Below, piece after piece: positions 7,936 to 17,789 of a DNA stretch of 36,139 nucleotides (its first letter is position 1; the number at the start of each line of letters is the position of its first letter). The DNA comes from Aduncisulcus paluster (Eukaryota). The stretch is from assembly GCA_024181965.1 (NCBI GenBank), contig BQXS01012625.1, positions 1-36,139 of the forward strand, given 5' to 3'. The notes below the pieces were generated by a model. It saw only the letters and a list, made by a program, of their open reading frames with translations, had not been told where the DNA came from and did not search any database. Made by a program: the position numbers and the translations under genes.

Positions 7936-10900
7936 ATGGATCGTTTTTCAAATGAGTACCCAAATAGAACATCAATTTCATTTTTTGATCGAATGGGGAA
8001 GAACTACAAGACGATACCACTTGAGAAATCATGTGTAGTGGAGCCTCTTTATAAGAATCAGGACATTCATCTTGTATTCGATCAGTACATATCTTCACCA
8101 AGTGGCCCATCACCTTTCCAGGAATATAAACTCCCAAATGATGAAAAGAGTGGTTGGATTGGTCCATATAACGATAAGCGCCTAATTTCGTGCACTTCTT
8201 TGAAGATTCTCGCCCGTATTACTCGATACCGTCCTGATGTCAGAATAAGACGCATCACTATGTTGGTACAGAATTTTTCTCCACCTTATAAGATGCAAAT
8301 CTGCTTTTCTAAACGCAAAGAAGATTCCTTTTTTGTTGATTTTTCAAAATCCAAATCCAAAGAGAAATTTCTATATCATACCTTCGATCTCCCAGACCTT
8401 GAAATGTGTCTAGATTTCAAAACTCTACATATTCACTTTTATAATAAGAGTAATGAACGGTGTAATGTTTCTTTGCATGGGGTTTGGTTGGAATCTGATA
8501 CAGCACCCATTTCAATGGCAGATCTTGTTTCCAAACCATCAACTCATGCGAAAACTGCGAAGAAACCCTCTCGATTAACAGATATTGATATTCATCTTGC
8601 CAGTATCAGCGATGATCCCAGTATTAGTAATGCCAGGAAGATATTCCGCCAATTGGAACCCAAACTCGTAATTTTAGTGAGCAAATCAAATTTGGTATCT
8701 CCAACCTTTATGAAAACTTCGTTGGAATTGCTTCACAAATTAATACATTTAGATCCAATGCTTATTAGGGCTTCTATTTTCCAAATAGTTTGTGACAAGT
8801 GTCTTGAATCAATTCATGTGGCTTTATTAAAGAAACATCGCCAAAAGGAGTTAAATGTCGTCATATCCAAAATGTTTTCTCTTGTACGCAAGATTTGTAC
8901 ATCCCAGAAGAAGTGTGAAGCTCCGTCACATCTGATTTCGATCATGGAGGAGTTATTGAAAGATCATGACCTCAAATCAATAATGATCCCCAATATTATG
9001 AAGATAATGGACTTTTTGGCCCCCTCCATCGCATCAAGAACCTCTGGCTCTCCTCATGCCGAGTCTTTATCCCGAATGCTTCCCCTCGTAGCTCCCCCTG
9101 TCTTCAACAAGGATGAGTTTAGACGTTTTGTTCTTCTTGTTGAGCAACAATGGATTGATTGGCCTGAAAGGATGGGAACCGAGGAAATATTGCACTTGGA
9201 GTTTTGTACCCCTGAGTATATTGTAGGCATTTATGACCCCTTCAAGTCAACCCCAGTTCACATCCAGACTGCACGTGCTGAATATTTCTCTCTTGTAAGA
9301 AATGTGTTCGAGAAAACAAATTACTTCCCTGAAATCTCAAGCTTCATCCAAGGAAACATACTGGAATGGGTCTTCCAATTCTCTTCAATCATCAAAGATG
9401 ATAGTGAATGGGGAAAAAGTTTCGAAAATCCCACCTTCAGCTCCATGTTCATTGATTTAGCGAATATTCTGGTTTCTTGCGGCATTCACAATGTTTTCAA
9501 CAATCATGTTGTTCTTACAGGAAGTATCCCTGCCATCAAAAACATCTCGATCAAATCTTTCATGATGCTTATGACAACTTTCGTGGGCATTGGAATGAGA
9601 TTAGTTAATCCCATCGATGGTCACACTCTGGCTTTGGATCCATGTTCCATCCAACAAATTCATGATCTTGTGACAAGTATTTTCCTTAGCGTGTGGGGTA
9701 CTATCCAACATTTAAGAGATGCTCGAGCCTTTAAACCCGTCATTGAGTTGGTGGGCAAGAAGAAGAAGACAGCCACATTTTTCCTTAAAAAACAGCAATA
9801 TAAATGTGGCATTCCTTTAATTGGAATGCTGAGTGAATGGATATGTTTGGGATATAATTATAAGTTCTTTGAAGCCCCAAAAGTTATAAAAGGAAAGAAA
9901 GAGAATCCCATTACACCGTCTCCCCTGAAAGAACTGAAGATGGTCAACGGTAAAACATTGCCGGAACTCGAACAATCATTTTTGGCGTATTTCTCCGATG
10001 CCCTCTTTGCAATGATGGAGAATAGATTTGAATACTTGAAAATAACAGATTTTTTTAATGTTATTGCGTTTTTGTCCATTCTCAAATTTCCTGAACGCTA
10101 TCAAGTAGATGATTACTGGGATCTGGACGAAGGCGACTTTAATATGTTTGGAGAAACTTATGGCGAAAAAGTGTTAAAGTTCTTTGGGGATACGATATCA
10201 TCCGACGCATTATTATCAACCACCTCTTCTTCTGTTCCCAGTATTACCACTGCACCTCCTGCTGTTAAGGTTCCAGTTCAAGATATCCAAGGCATTGGAC
10301 AGCAGATCCCAGTACCACTAGGTCCCTTACAAATGGTGGAAATGCCCATGCTTGGTCAACCCGTCCATTTTGATCTCCATACCATGGCTAGCACTCTCCA
10401 TACCTTGGTTAGTCTCCATCCATGGTTACTAACACCAGGGGGTCCACCACAGTTCTATCCTCCTCCTGTCCAAGAAGAGAGAGATACCTCCACAATCCCG
10501 ACTCAAGTGTCTGATTATGTGGATCAGAAAATCGGGCAAATTGAAACCAATCTCATTGCCCGCTTGGATTCTGAGACATCGAAGGTTACACAACTTGATG
10601 TTTCCGAACTGAAAGAGCAGATCAAGAGAATCGAAAGATCCCAAACGAAGTCAGACTCGGAAATCCAAGCCACAATCACTTCCATTAAGGATCAAATAGC
10701 CTCTCTCAGCAAGGAAATCGATAAAAAGGGGAAGAAGAAGGACACAAAGCAAGAGATCGAGCTTCTTAAGGGGAGCGTGTCACATTTGGAAACCACTTTC
10801 TCAAAGCTAAAATTAGATACTGCGAAGAAAATTGATAGCATTATTTCTTCTGAGAAAACATCCCAAAAAACGATTCAATCATATGATGCCAAGTTCAAAT

Positions 10901-12024
10901 CCATGAAGAAAGATAAAAAAGACCTTGAAGTGAAAGTATCTACCATTTCTGCGACCCTAGATCAGAAAATAAGTAACATTATGACCACTTTGGAACGTTA
11001 TATGGAAGAAAAAGATGAACAGATCGAGGCTAGTCACATGGAATTCAATGATCGTCTCAAGTCTTACCTTGAGAAACACGATGACCTTCAGGAACAAATC
11101 AAGTCAATAATGTCAACTATTTCCTCTTCTGCCTCTTCCTCGTCCTCCTCTTCCTCTTCTTCAGAACAAGCTGAGAAATCTGCTTCTTCTGTGGCAGATT
11201 CTATCAAAACAATGCATGATTCTATCAAAGCCATGCATAATCGAGTGTTATCGGCCTCCAAGAGAGTAGAATTCCTTCAATTTCCTCCATTAAATAGGTA
11301 TATTTTTAGCCCTAATTCCTACGATATTGTATCGAAGGAAGAATATAAAGCTGAAATTAAAGAGGAGAGAGAGGAAGAAGATAAAATCGAAGAAGAAGAT
11401 AAAATCGAAGAAGAAGAGAAAATCGAAGAAGAAGAGAAAATAGAAGAAGAAGAGAAAATCGAAGAAGAAGAAGTTGAGAGTATTTATGAATTTACTGCTG
11501 ATGCCCAATCCAATGCAAACGATTTGATTGAGAAACTTAGAGAATTATCCAATGATATCAAATTAAAGAAGAAAAACCTTCGTGTGGATAAAGACAAACT
11601 TAAGGAAATGAAGAAACAAGCATCGGGCAGTGATGATGAAGCTCTCGATTTCAAGCTGCGAATTGACAATTCAAAGTCTGAGATTACAACGTTAACTCAA
11701 CAATTTATTGACATGCTATCCTCTTTGAGAGATGTGGTCAAGAAGTTCCCAAGAGAATTATCTCAATCGCTATTTTTAGACATCCACCCTGTTGTCTTCG
11801 TCCAAAAGGAGAAAGATCCGGCCAAATTTTTAGCCAAAGGTAAAATTACGAAGGATTTGAATGTTTGGGATGGTGATAAAATCATTTTAATTTTTATTGA
11901 CAAAGAATCTTTCCAGAATCAGAAGAGAAGTTTGTCTTCTAATGATTGGAATGAGATTCTCTGTTATGGAAACGGAGAATTTGGTGGAAAGGATGTCCAT
12001 TTTGTCGTGAAATTCAAGAAATAA
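7936..12024 (+). CDS. Hypothetical 1362-aa protein: beta-rich N-terminus, helical solenoid-like middle, Pro-rich linker, long coiled coil
   Basis: Long stop-free ORF with AAAATG start context. The C-terminal third is heptad-like and K/E/Q-rich, with poly-Ser and EEE(D/E)KI repeats. No enzymatic motif recognised. Confidence 0.85.
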   Translation: MDRFSNEYPNRTSISFFDRMGKNYKTIPLEKSCVVEPLYKNQDIHLVFDQYISSPSGPSPFQEYKLPNDEKSGWIGPYNDKRLISCTSLKILARITRYRPDVRIRRITMLVQNFSPPYKMQICFSKRKEDSFFVDFSKSKSKEKFLYHTFDLPDLEMCLDFKTLHIHFYNKSNERCNVSLHGVWLESDTAPISMADLVSKPSTHAKTAKKPSRLTDIDIHLASISDDPSISNARKIFRQLEPKLVILVSKSNLVSPTFMKTSLELLHKLIHLDPMLIRASIFQIVCDKCLESIHVALLKKHRQKELNVVISKMFSLVRKICTSQKKCEAPSHLISIMEELLKDHDLKSIMIPNIMKIMDFLAPSIASRTSGSPHAESLSRMLPLVAPPVFNKDEFRRFVLLVEQQWIDWPERMGTEEILHLEFCTPEYIVGIYDPFKSTPVHIQTARAEYFSLVRNVFEKTNYFPEISSFIQGNILEWVFQFSSIIKDDSEWGKSFENPTFSSMFIDLANILVSCGIHNVFNNHVVLTGSIPAIKNISIKSFMMLMTTFVGIGMRLVNPIDGHTLALDPCSIQQIHDLVTSIFLSVWGTIQHLRDARAFKPVIELVGKKKKTATFFLKKQQYKCGIPLIGMLSEWICLGYNYKFFEAPKVIKGKKENPITPSPLKELKMVNGKTLPELEQSFLAYFSDALFAMMENRFEYLKITDFFNVIAFLSILKFPERYQVDDYWDLDEGDFNMFGETYGEKVLKFFGDTISSDALLSTTSSSVPSITTAPPAVKVPVQDIQGIGQQIPVPLGPLQMVEMPMLGQPVHFDLHTMASTLHTLVSLHPWLLTPGGPPQFYPPPVQEERDTSTIPTQVSDYVDQKIGQIETNLIARLDSETSKVTQLDVSELKEQIKRIERSQTKSDSEIQATITSIKDQIASLSKEIDKKGKKKDTKQEIELLKGSVSHLETTFSKLKLDTAKKIDSIISSEKTSQKTIQSYDAKFKSMKKDKKDLEVKVSTISATLDQKISNIMTTLERYMEEKDEQIEASHMEFNDRLKSYLEKHDDLQEQIKSIMSTISSSASSSSSSSSSSEQAEKSASSVADSIKTMHDSIKAMHNRVLSASKRVEFLQFPPLNRYIFSPNSYDIVSKEEYKAEIKEEREEEDKIEEEDKIEEEEKIEEEEKIEEEEKIEEEEVESIYEFTADAQSNANDLIEKLRELSNDIKLKKKNLRVDKDKLKEMKKQASGSDDEALDFKLRIDNSKSEITTLTQQFIDMLSSLRDVVKKFPRELSQSLFLDIHPVVFVQKEKDPAKFLAKGKITKDLNVWDGDKIILIFIDKESFQNQKRSLSSNDWNEILCYGNGEFGGKDVHFVVKFKK
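11371..11472 (+). repeat. Coding 18-bp minisatellite, 5 copies plus a partial, encoding EEE(D/E)KI
   Basis: GAAGAAGAAGA(T/G)AAAAT(C/A) tandem units; the first unit starts GAG. Confidence 0.9.
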
Positions 12025-12378
12025 AACCAATAATATATTGTCTTCACCACTGGTTGGCATTTTTTTTCGGTATTTTCAAAATAAGGCTTATTTCAAATAT
12101 TTTGATATAAATAACCGGATAATCCACTAATATTTATCAAGTGAATCATTTAATCTCACTTTAAAATAAAGTTAATTAACATTTGAATGTTTTAGAACAT
12201 TTTGATTGCTAGCCACTTAAAATATAATATTATATCGATATTTTTTTAAAAAAATAAATATAGAGATAATCTTATTTTTTGTTGAAACTTTCTTCGATTT
12301 CAAAATAGCTTTGATTCAAGAGAACTCGATTTCAAAAATGATCACACATGCTATTGCCCTCACGATTTTTTGCTGAGC

Positions 12379-13752
12379 ATGTCGGATCGCAGAAAAGCAT
12401 TTGATGAATATGATAAATATACACCCGTGCCAAAGGGATTGGGTAATATAGGAAACACTTGTTTTTTTAATTCAGCCACTCAATGTCTAGTACATTTGAA
12501 ATATCTCTTCAAAGCTCTCACTGAATGGAAATATGGTACAATGAAATCTCCATTATTGACTTTAAGAAGTGAACTTCCAGTTTTGAATCGTACTTTCATG
12601 TGGATTTTATTGCGTTCTTATACCAATCCGGAGGAAGAGACTTATGGAAGATATTTAACCCCCAGGCAATTTCACAATGCTTTTGTCCACGAATATTCTG
12701 CTTTTCGAGGCTATGGACAGCATGATTCACACGAATGTTCTGTTTTGCTCCTCGAGGCTTTGGATCTTGGGATTAAGAAGTTTTTGATGGATAAATGTTC
12801 ATATCCTAAAACAAAACCATCCCCAATTGAGGAAATATTTAACTTCCCAGTTGAACAAACCGTTACTTGTGCCCAATGTGAATGCCAATTTCTTTCTAAA
12901 TCTAGTTGGATGGATCTTACTTTGGAACTTAAACGGACAAAGATTCAGCAACAATTGATGGGTAAACCATCATCTATGGCTTCTGATGACGATCATTTAC
13001 TTTATTCTATTATGGAATCTATGCCCGGTCGCGAAGAACCCAAAAAACTTTCCCCACACTCCCTTGAATATTTGTTATGGCTATTCACTGAACCTGATCC
13101 AGTTCCTCGTGATGCAGGATATGTTTGTGAAAGGTGTTCTCTTCGTAAAGCCAAAATGTCCAATAAGAATGCTGCTTTCCAGCCCTGGTTAGATGTTTTG
13201 CACGCCAAACAGGAAGAAGCCATTGAAAAACATGGCTGTGTTATTCGTGATGGCGAAGGAGATATTGATTATGAACTTGATAAGCTTCGTAAAGATCAAT
13301 CTTGGCTCCGTAGTAACAATTCTCTCTTGGTCGGTAATAGACGTGAATTATCCGCTATTATGACCGAGAAGAGACCCGTAATCCGACGTTGTGAACTCAA
13401 AGGCCTGCCTAAGGTGTTGATGATCCACCTAAACAGGTTCAACAGTGGTGAGCGTAGAAGGAGCATGTTCTCGTCATTCTTCTCATTTGGTGGGTCAAAG
13501 GACGATACCTCCATTCAATATCCAGAATATCTCGATCTTTCTCATCTTATACCTGGATACAAATATAGATTATCATCAATCTCCATTCATAGCGGTTCTC
13601 TTGGATTCGGACATTATACTGCTTTTGCAAGATGTGGCAAGGAATGGTACTATTTTAATGATTCCATGACAGAGCCTACTTCTCCTGTCCATGCTCTTAC
13701 AGCCACCTCAGGAGCCTATATGCTCTATTATGAATTGGAGGAGGAAGAGTAA
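12379..13752 (+). CDS. Ubiquitin-specific protease (peptidase C19/USP), catalytic domain only
   Basis: Cys box GLGNIGNTCFFNSATQCL, GQHDSHE, zinc-ribbon pairs CAQC and CERC, LPKVLMIHLNRF, His box HSGSLGFGHYTAF, WYYFNDS, AYMLYY. The first ATG is at 12379, but the frame is open from ~12286, so an upstream exon is possible. Confidence 0.95.
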   Translation: MSDRRKAFDEYDKYTPVPKGLGNIGNTCFFNSATQCLVHLKYLFKALTEWKYGTMKSPLLTLRSELPVLNRTFMWILLRSYTNPEEETYGRYLTPRQFHNAFVHEYSAFRGYGQHDSHECSVLLLEALDLGIKKFLMDKCSYPKTKPSPIEEIFNFPVEQTVTCAQCECQFLSKSSWMDLTLELKRTKIQQQLMGKPSSMASDDDHLLYSIMESMPGREEPKKLSPHSLEYLLWLFTEPDPVPRDAGYVCERCSLRKAKMSNKNAAFQPWLDVLHAKQEEAIEKHGCVIRDGEGDIDYELDKLRKDQSWLRSNNSLLVGNRRELSAIMTEKRPVIRRCELKGLPKVLMIHLNRFNSGERRRSMFSSFFSFGGSKDDTSIQYPEYLDLSHLIPGYKYRLSSISIHSGSLGFGHYTAFARCGKEWYYFNDSMTEPTSPVHALTATSGAYMLYYELEEEE

Positions 13753-14043
13753 AGTTAGGTTATTTGTTAATATTTTCTTCATATTACAAATATATCGTGC
13801 TTATCTTGTTCCTTAATGAAGTATTTATGGGTTTAATTTCATGATAATTATGTAATTCAGACGATAGTGTAAAATTTTAAATATACTTCTCTATGACGAT
13901 TTCCCCAAGATCATAAGGATTAATAAATTTATTTTTATATATGTTTATTCAATTTACTTTATGAAAATGCCCCTATAGTGAATAATAAAAGAAATAACAA
14001 TTGTTGTCGAATTCTGAACCCTTTTTCTTGAAAATTTAATGAA

Positions 14044-15558
14044 ATGAATTCAAGTATTCATCAAAAATCCGAAGATGACAAAAGAAAATTGTTAATATCT
14101 CTACGAAAACAAGTAATTAACTTAACTAGTGAACAGCAGTCTCTATCTCATCGTTTAGAGGAAGCCCCTCATATTATTGAAGAATGGAAGGAAGCTAATG
14201 AAAAAATGAAAAGAATACTTGGGCAGTTTCATGATATTTGTGAAGGTAATATGCTCTATGCAAAAAGTTTGGTAGATGAGGTTAAAGATCAAAGAATTGA
14301 AACACAAGTATCCTTAAAATTGGAAGAGGATAAATGTAAAAAGAACCTCCACGATATATCAGAAGCCCAACATTTAAAAGCGGACTGTGAGTCGAGAATG
14401 AAGGATATTGAGCAATCCATCTCCAAGACTATTCGTTTTACAATGGGTTTGAAGGCAATGAAGGCCTCTTCAAAGCTCAAAGATCGAATTCTTAAAAAGA
14501 ATGTTTTAAATATGTGGAGATGGAAAACTCGAGTTTCGACTTCGAAATCTGAGATTCGTGAAAGAACGCTTGACTATTTCCAGTCACTTCGTAGAAAGCG
14601 TTTATTAAAAATATATTTCAGAAAGATGAGAGAAAAATGTGCATACTCTCGCATTGTTAGCCTCTCCGAGGAAGCCAATGTTCAAGATGTTCAAGAAGAA
14701 TTATCAGCTTTACTTTCATCCATTGAGAAAAATACTTCCGATATTTCAACATTATCTTCAGATATTTCATCAGTTCGGTCAGAAATTGAAGGGTTAACAA
14801 CATTGTCTGGACAAACTGCCATTTCCATTTCAAAAGATCAAGAATCTGTGGAACTTCTCCAAATTTCTCTTAATGAGAAAGAAGAACTTGTTAAACATGC
14901 CGAGGAACGTGTTTCAAATCTCCGACGTCAGTTGTCAGCTCTTGAAGAGGAAGGTGAGACCAGTCATTCCGCTGAGAGAGTACTGTCAAGTAAGCATGCT
15001 TTGAGGAGACATGAATTAAACGAAGCTTTGAAGAAATACCACGATGATATCGAAACTATTGAACACGATATGTATGCTAAAAAGATCAGTATTGCCAAGT
15101 TAAAGGGTGAACACTCGGCTTTGTCAAAGAGAATGGCACATACTGAGCAAGGAATACATTCTCTTGGCCTTTACTCAACCAAATTGAAAGACTGCACATC
15201 TCGAGCTTCAGACTCTATCTCCTCTTTCCTCCGTAGAACTCAGGGTGAAGTAACAAGGATGGAAAGGGCCCTTGAGCATCGTTTGGCACTTATCAAGCAG
15301 TTTAAAACTCGTATGAAAGCGACAAAAGAAAGTATTTCGAAAGGAGAAGAATTGGCAGATGCTGCCGAAAAACGGACTGAAAGATTGGATCTTCAACGCA
15401 TCAGAATAGAAGGGGACTACCAAAAAGAAGATGTAAGGAAACAACGGACCCATAGTGAATACATTTTGTCGAATAGATTGAGAAGAGCTGGTGCAACTCG
15501 ATGTGGCGAAATGTATCTTCATATTCGTGATGGAAGAGCTATTTTGGAGGCTAAATAA
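14044..15558 (+). CDS. Coiled-coil protein, 504 aa, possibly centriolar or flagellar
   Basis: Long ORF with charged heptad patterning throughout and two Sfi1-like motifs near 14464-14631. Function is inferred. Confidence 0.8.
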   Translation: MNSSIHQKSEDDKRKLLISLRKQVINLTSEQQSLSHRLEEAPHIIEEWKEANEKMKRILGQFHDICEGNMLYAKSLVDEVKDQRIETQVSLKLEEDKCKKNLHDISEAQHLKADCESRMKDIEQSISKTIRFTMGLKAMKASSKLKDRILKKNVLNMWRWKTRVSTSKSEIRERTLDYFQSLRRKRLLKIYFRKMREKCAYSRIVSLSEEANVQDVQEELSALLSSIEKNTSDISTLSSDISSVRSEIEGLTTLSGQTAISISKDQESVELLQISLNEKEELVKHAEERVSNLRRQLSALEEEGETSHSAERVLSSKHALRRHELNEALKKYHDDIETIEHDMYAKKISIAKLKGEHSALSKRMAHTEQGIHSLGLYSTKLKDCTSRASDSISSFLRRTQGEVTRMERALEHRLALIKQFKTRMKATKESISKGEELADAAEKRTERLDLQRIRIEGDYQKEDVRKQRTHSEYILSNRLRRAGATRCGEMYLHIRDGRAILEAK

Positions 15559-15896
15559 TGTCAATATAAAAATTGGATTTGTTTTTTTCTTGAACTTATG
15601 GAACAAATTCACCAAGTTCTTTATTCCCTAAGTTCGGGATTATCAATAAAAAAGGATGTATATCATGGCATAGCAATACATGTTTATTTCGTTTTATTCA
15701 TGATTTTGAATATTTTGGGTCATCATTCAAGTGAAACAAGATGGCATTATCTATCTCATTGAATACGATAAATTTTTTTCAAATAAAACGTAAAATTTTT
15801 ATGATGTTACGTAATAAGTGCAGAAATCTTATTGAATTGTGAATTATCAAAGTAAATGTCTATTTCAGCAAAAAATCAAAATTTCGGAACAATACA

Positions 15897-17312
15897 ATGA
15901 CAGAAAAAGGAGAAGATTATGATATGGACTTCGATGAAGATTTTGATGATTTTGAAGGTTCCGGACCCGACAAAGTAGCGAAAGAAGATGAAGAAGAGAG
16001 TTTTCTTGATGATGCCTTTGGTGGTGAGGTTGATGATGATGTTTCCAAGGGAGAAATAGAAAAATCAGAAGATAAATCAAGTGAAGAACCTCCTAAACCA
16101 ACTCCTGAAATAGAAACAACTCCAAATGAATCTGATTCTACAAAACCCGTTGATGAGACTAGATCTCGTCATGAAGATAAACCTAGTGTTGAAACCAAGA
16201 ATACTGAAGATGAAACTCATAGTCCTATTGATGCAGATGATGCAACTGAAGATATTTTGACCGAAAATACCGAATTGAGAAGACAATTGGGCATGTTAAA
16301 CAAGAAACTTGATGAATTGATTTCTTCCAAGGCGAGAATGAAGCGCAAGCCTACTTCTTCAAAACCAAAATCATCATATATACCCAAGACCAGAGCTACA
16401 CTTCAGAGTCGTTCTGGTGCTAGAAAATATGAAAAGTCAAGTGATCCAGCAATATTGTCGAAGAAAATAGCATATTATGAGAAAGAAAACGAGAAAATTT
16501 CCAAGCAAATTGAAAAATACATGAAACGTGAAGAATACACGGCCAATCTTAAGAAGAAGACCATCAAGATCGATGAACGGATTAAACAGCTTAAGAAAGA
16601 TGTTCATCGCCTTGAGTTATTGGAGAAGAATCAAGGAAAGCGACTTGTGAAGGAAGATGGTGGAAAAGAAGAGATATGGAAACAAGTTGGAGTTGCTTCT
16701 GAAGATTCCCGTACTGCTCGCCATCATTTGAAGGTTATGCAACAGAAAATGAAGCGTAAGGAAGATGAGTTTAAGACTCTCCAACGTAATACAGCCTTTT
16801 TGAGCAATTTATTAACCTTTGTCCGTGAGAAGATATCAAGTGGTGAGGGAGTATTACCCGCCGCTTTAATGCATGATAAAGACTCAAAAACATCCGATAA
16901 GAGCCAATATCTGAGTGCTGAGACATCGAAATCTGTCACTGCCGCTCTCCGTAGCGGTTCCATTGCTGACCTTGAGTCTTGTTCGACTCTGCTTGACGAT
17001 GCCATTTCCACTGAATATAAAGGTGTAAAAGGATGTCAAGGTTCCATTTCTGATGCTGAACAACAGGTTTCTTCCAAAGATACTCTCCATAAAATGCAGA
17101 TAAAACTCTTGTTGAGCGAAGAGACAAGATTGAAACAAGAATTAAAGGAAATGAAGCGTTTGGCACAGTTTGTTACTGTCAGAGAACAGTTACAAACTCT
17201 TAAAGTTCCCCAAAAACACATTCGTCAGGCTTTCTCAAGTGGAAGATCTGGATCAAAGAAAGCTTCAAAGAAGAAGATGCCCTCAATCAGTGTCGGTACT
17301 CCAGCTGAATAA
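15897..17312 (+). CDS. Coiled-coil protein with an acidic disordered N-terminus, 471 aa
   Basis: ACAATG start; D/E-rich first ~115 aa followed by K/E-rich heptads. Confidence 0.85.
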   Translation: MTEKGEDYDMDFDEDFDDFEGSGPDKVAKEDEEESFLDDAFGGEVDDDVSKGEIEKSEDKSSEEPPKPTPEIETTPNESDSTKPVDETRSRHEDKPSVETKNTEDETHSPIDADDATEDILTENTELRRQLGMLNKKLDELISSKARMKRKPTSSKPKSSYIPKTRATLQSRSGARKYEKSSDPAILSKKIAYYEKENEKISKQIEKYMKREEYTANLKKKTIKIDERIKQLKKDVHRLELLEKNQGKRLVKEDGGKEEIWKQVGVASEDSRTARHHLKVMQQKMKRKEDEFKTLQRNTAFLSNLLTFVREKISSGEGVLPAALMHDKDSKTSDKSQYLSAETSKSVTAALRSGSIADLESCSTLLDDAISTEYKGVKGCQGSISDAEQQVSSKDTLHKMQIKLLLSEETRLKQELKEMKRLAQFVTVREQLQTLKVPQKHIRQAFSSGRSGSKKASKKKMPSISVGTPAE

Positions 17313-17789
17313 TTTTATTTTGTATGAATCAAATATATATTTGTTAGCGCTAGTAAATAATTGAACTTGCCATTCACTGAATGCCCGGGAAAACAATTCT
17401 AAAATCATTTTAGACAATGATTGTCCGACAATAAAACAAGGAGTCCTTATTTTCGTTACGCGTCCGCGAAAAAGTCTAACCAACATGTTCAAATTTGTAT
17501 CACATTGATAGTCTATAATTTTTGAAGACCATTTAGTCTTTGAATATGATATTTCTGCATATATTGTAATTTTGAACGTACCACATGAATAAGAAATTAT
17601 CTATTAATATTTGTTGTCATAATGAATATATTTCTGATAATATATATTGAAAACCAACGATTTTGTGCCATTTTGTTGTAATCCATGTTGGAGAATGGTG
17701 GAAAATGATGATCGATATTCAAGATGTATTTCCCCTTTTTTTGGAGATCATTTTTACTATTTTCTCTGTAAACATTATAATTGAGTCTT

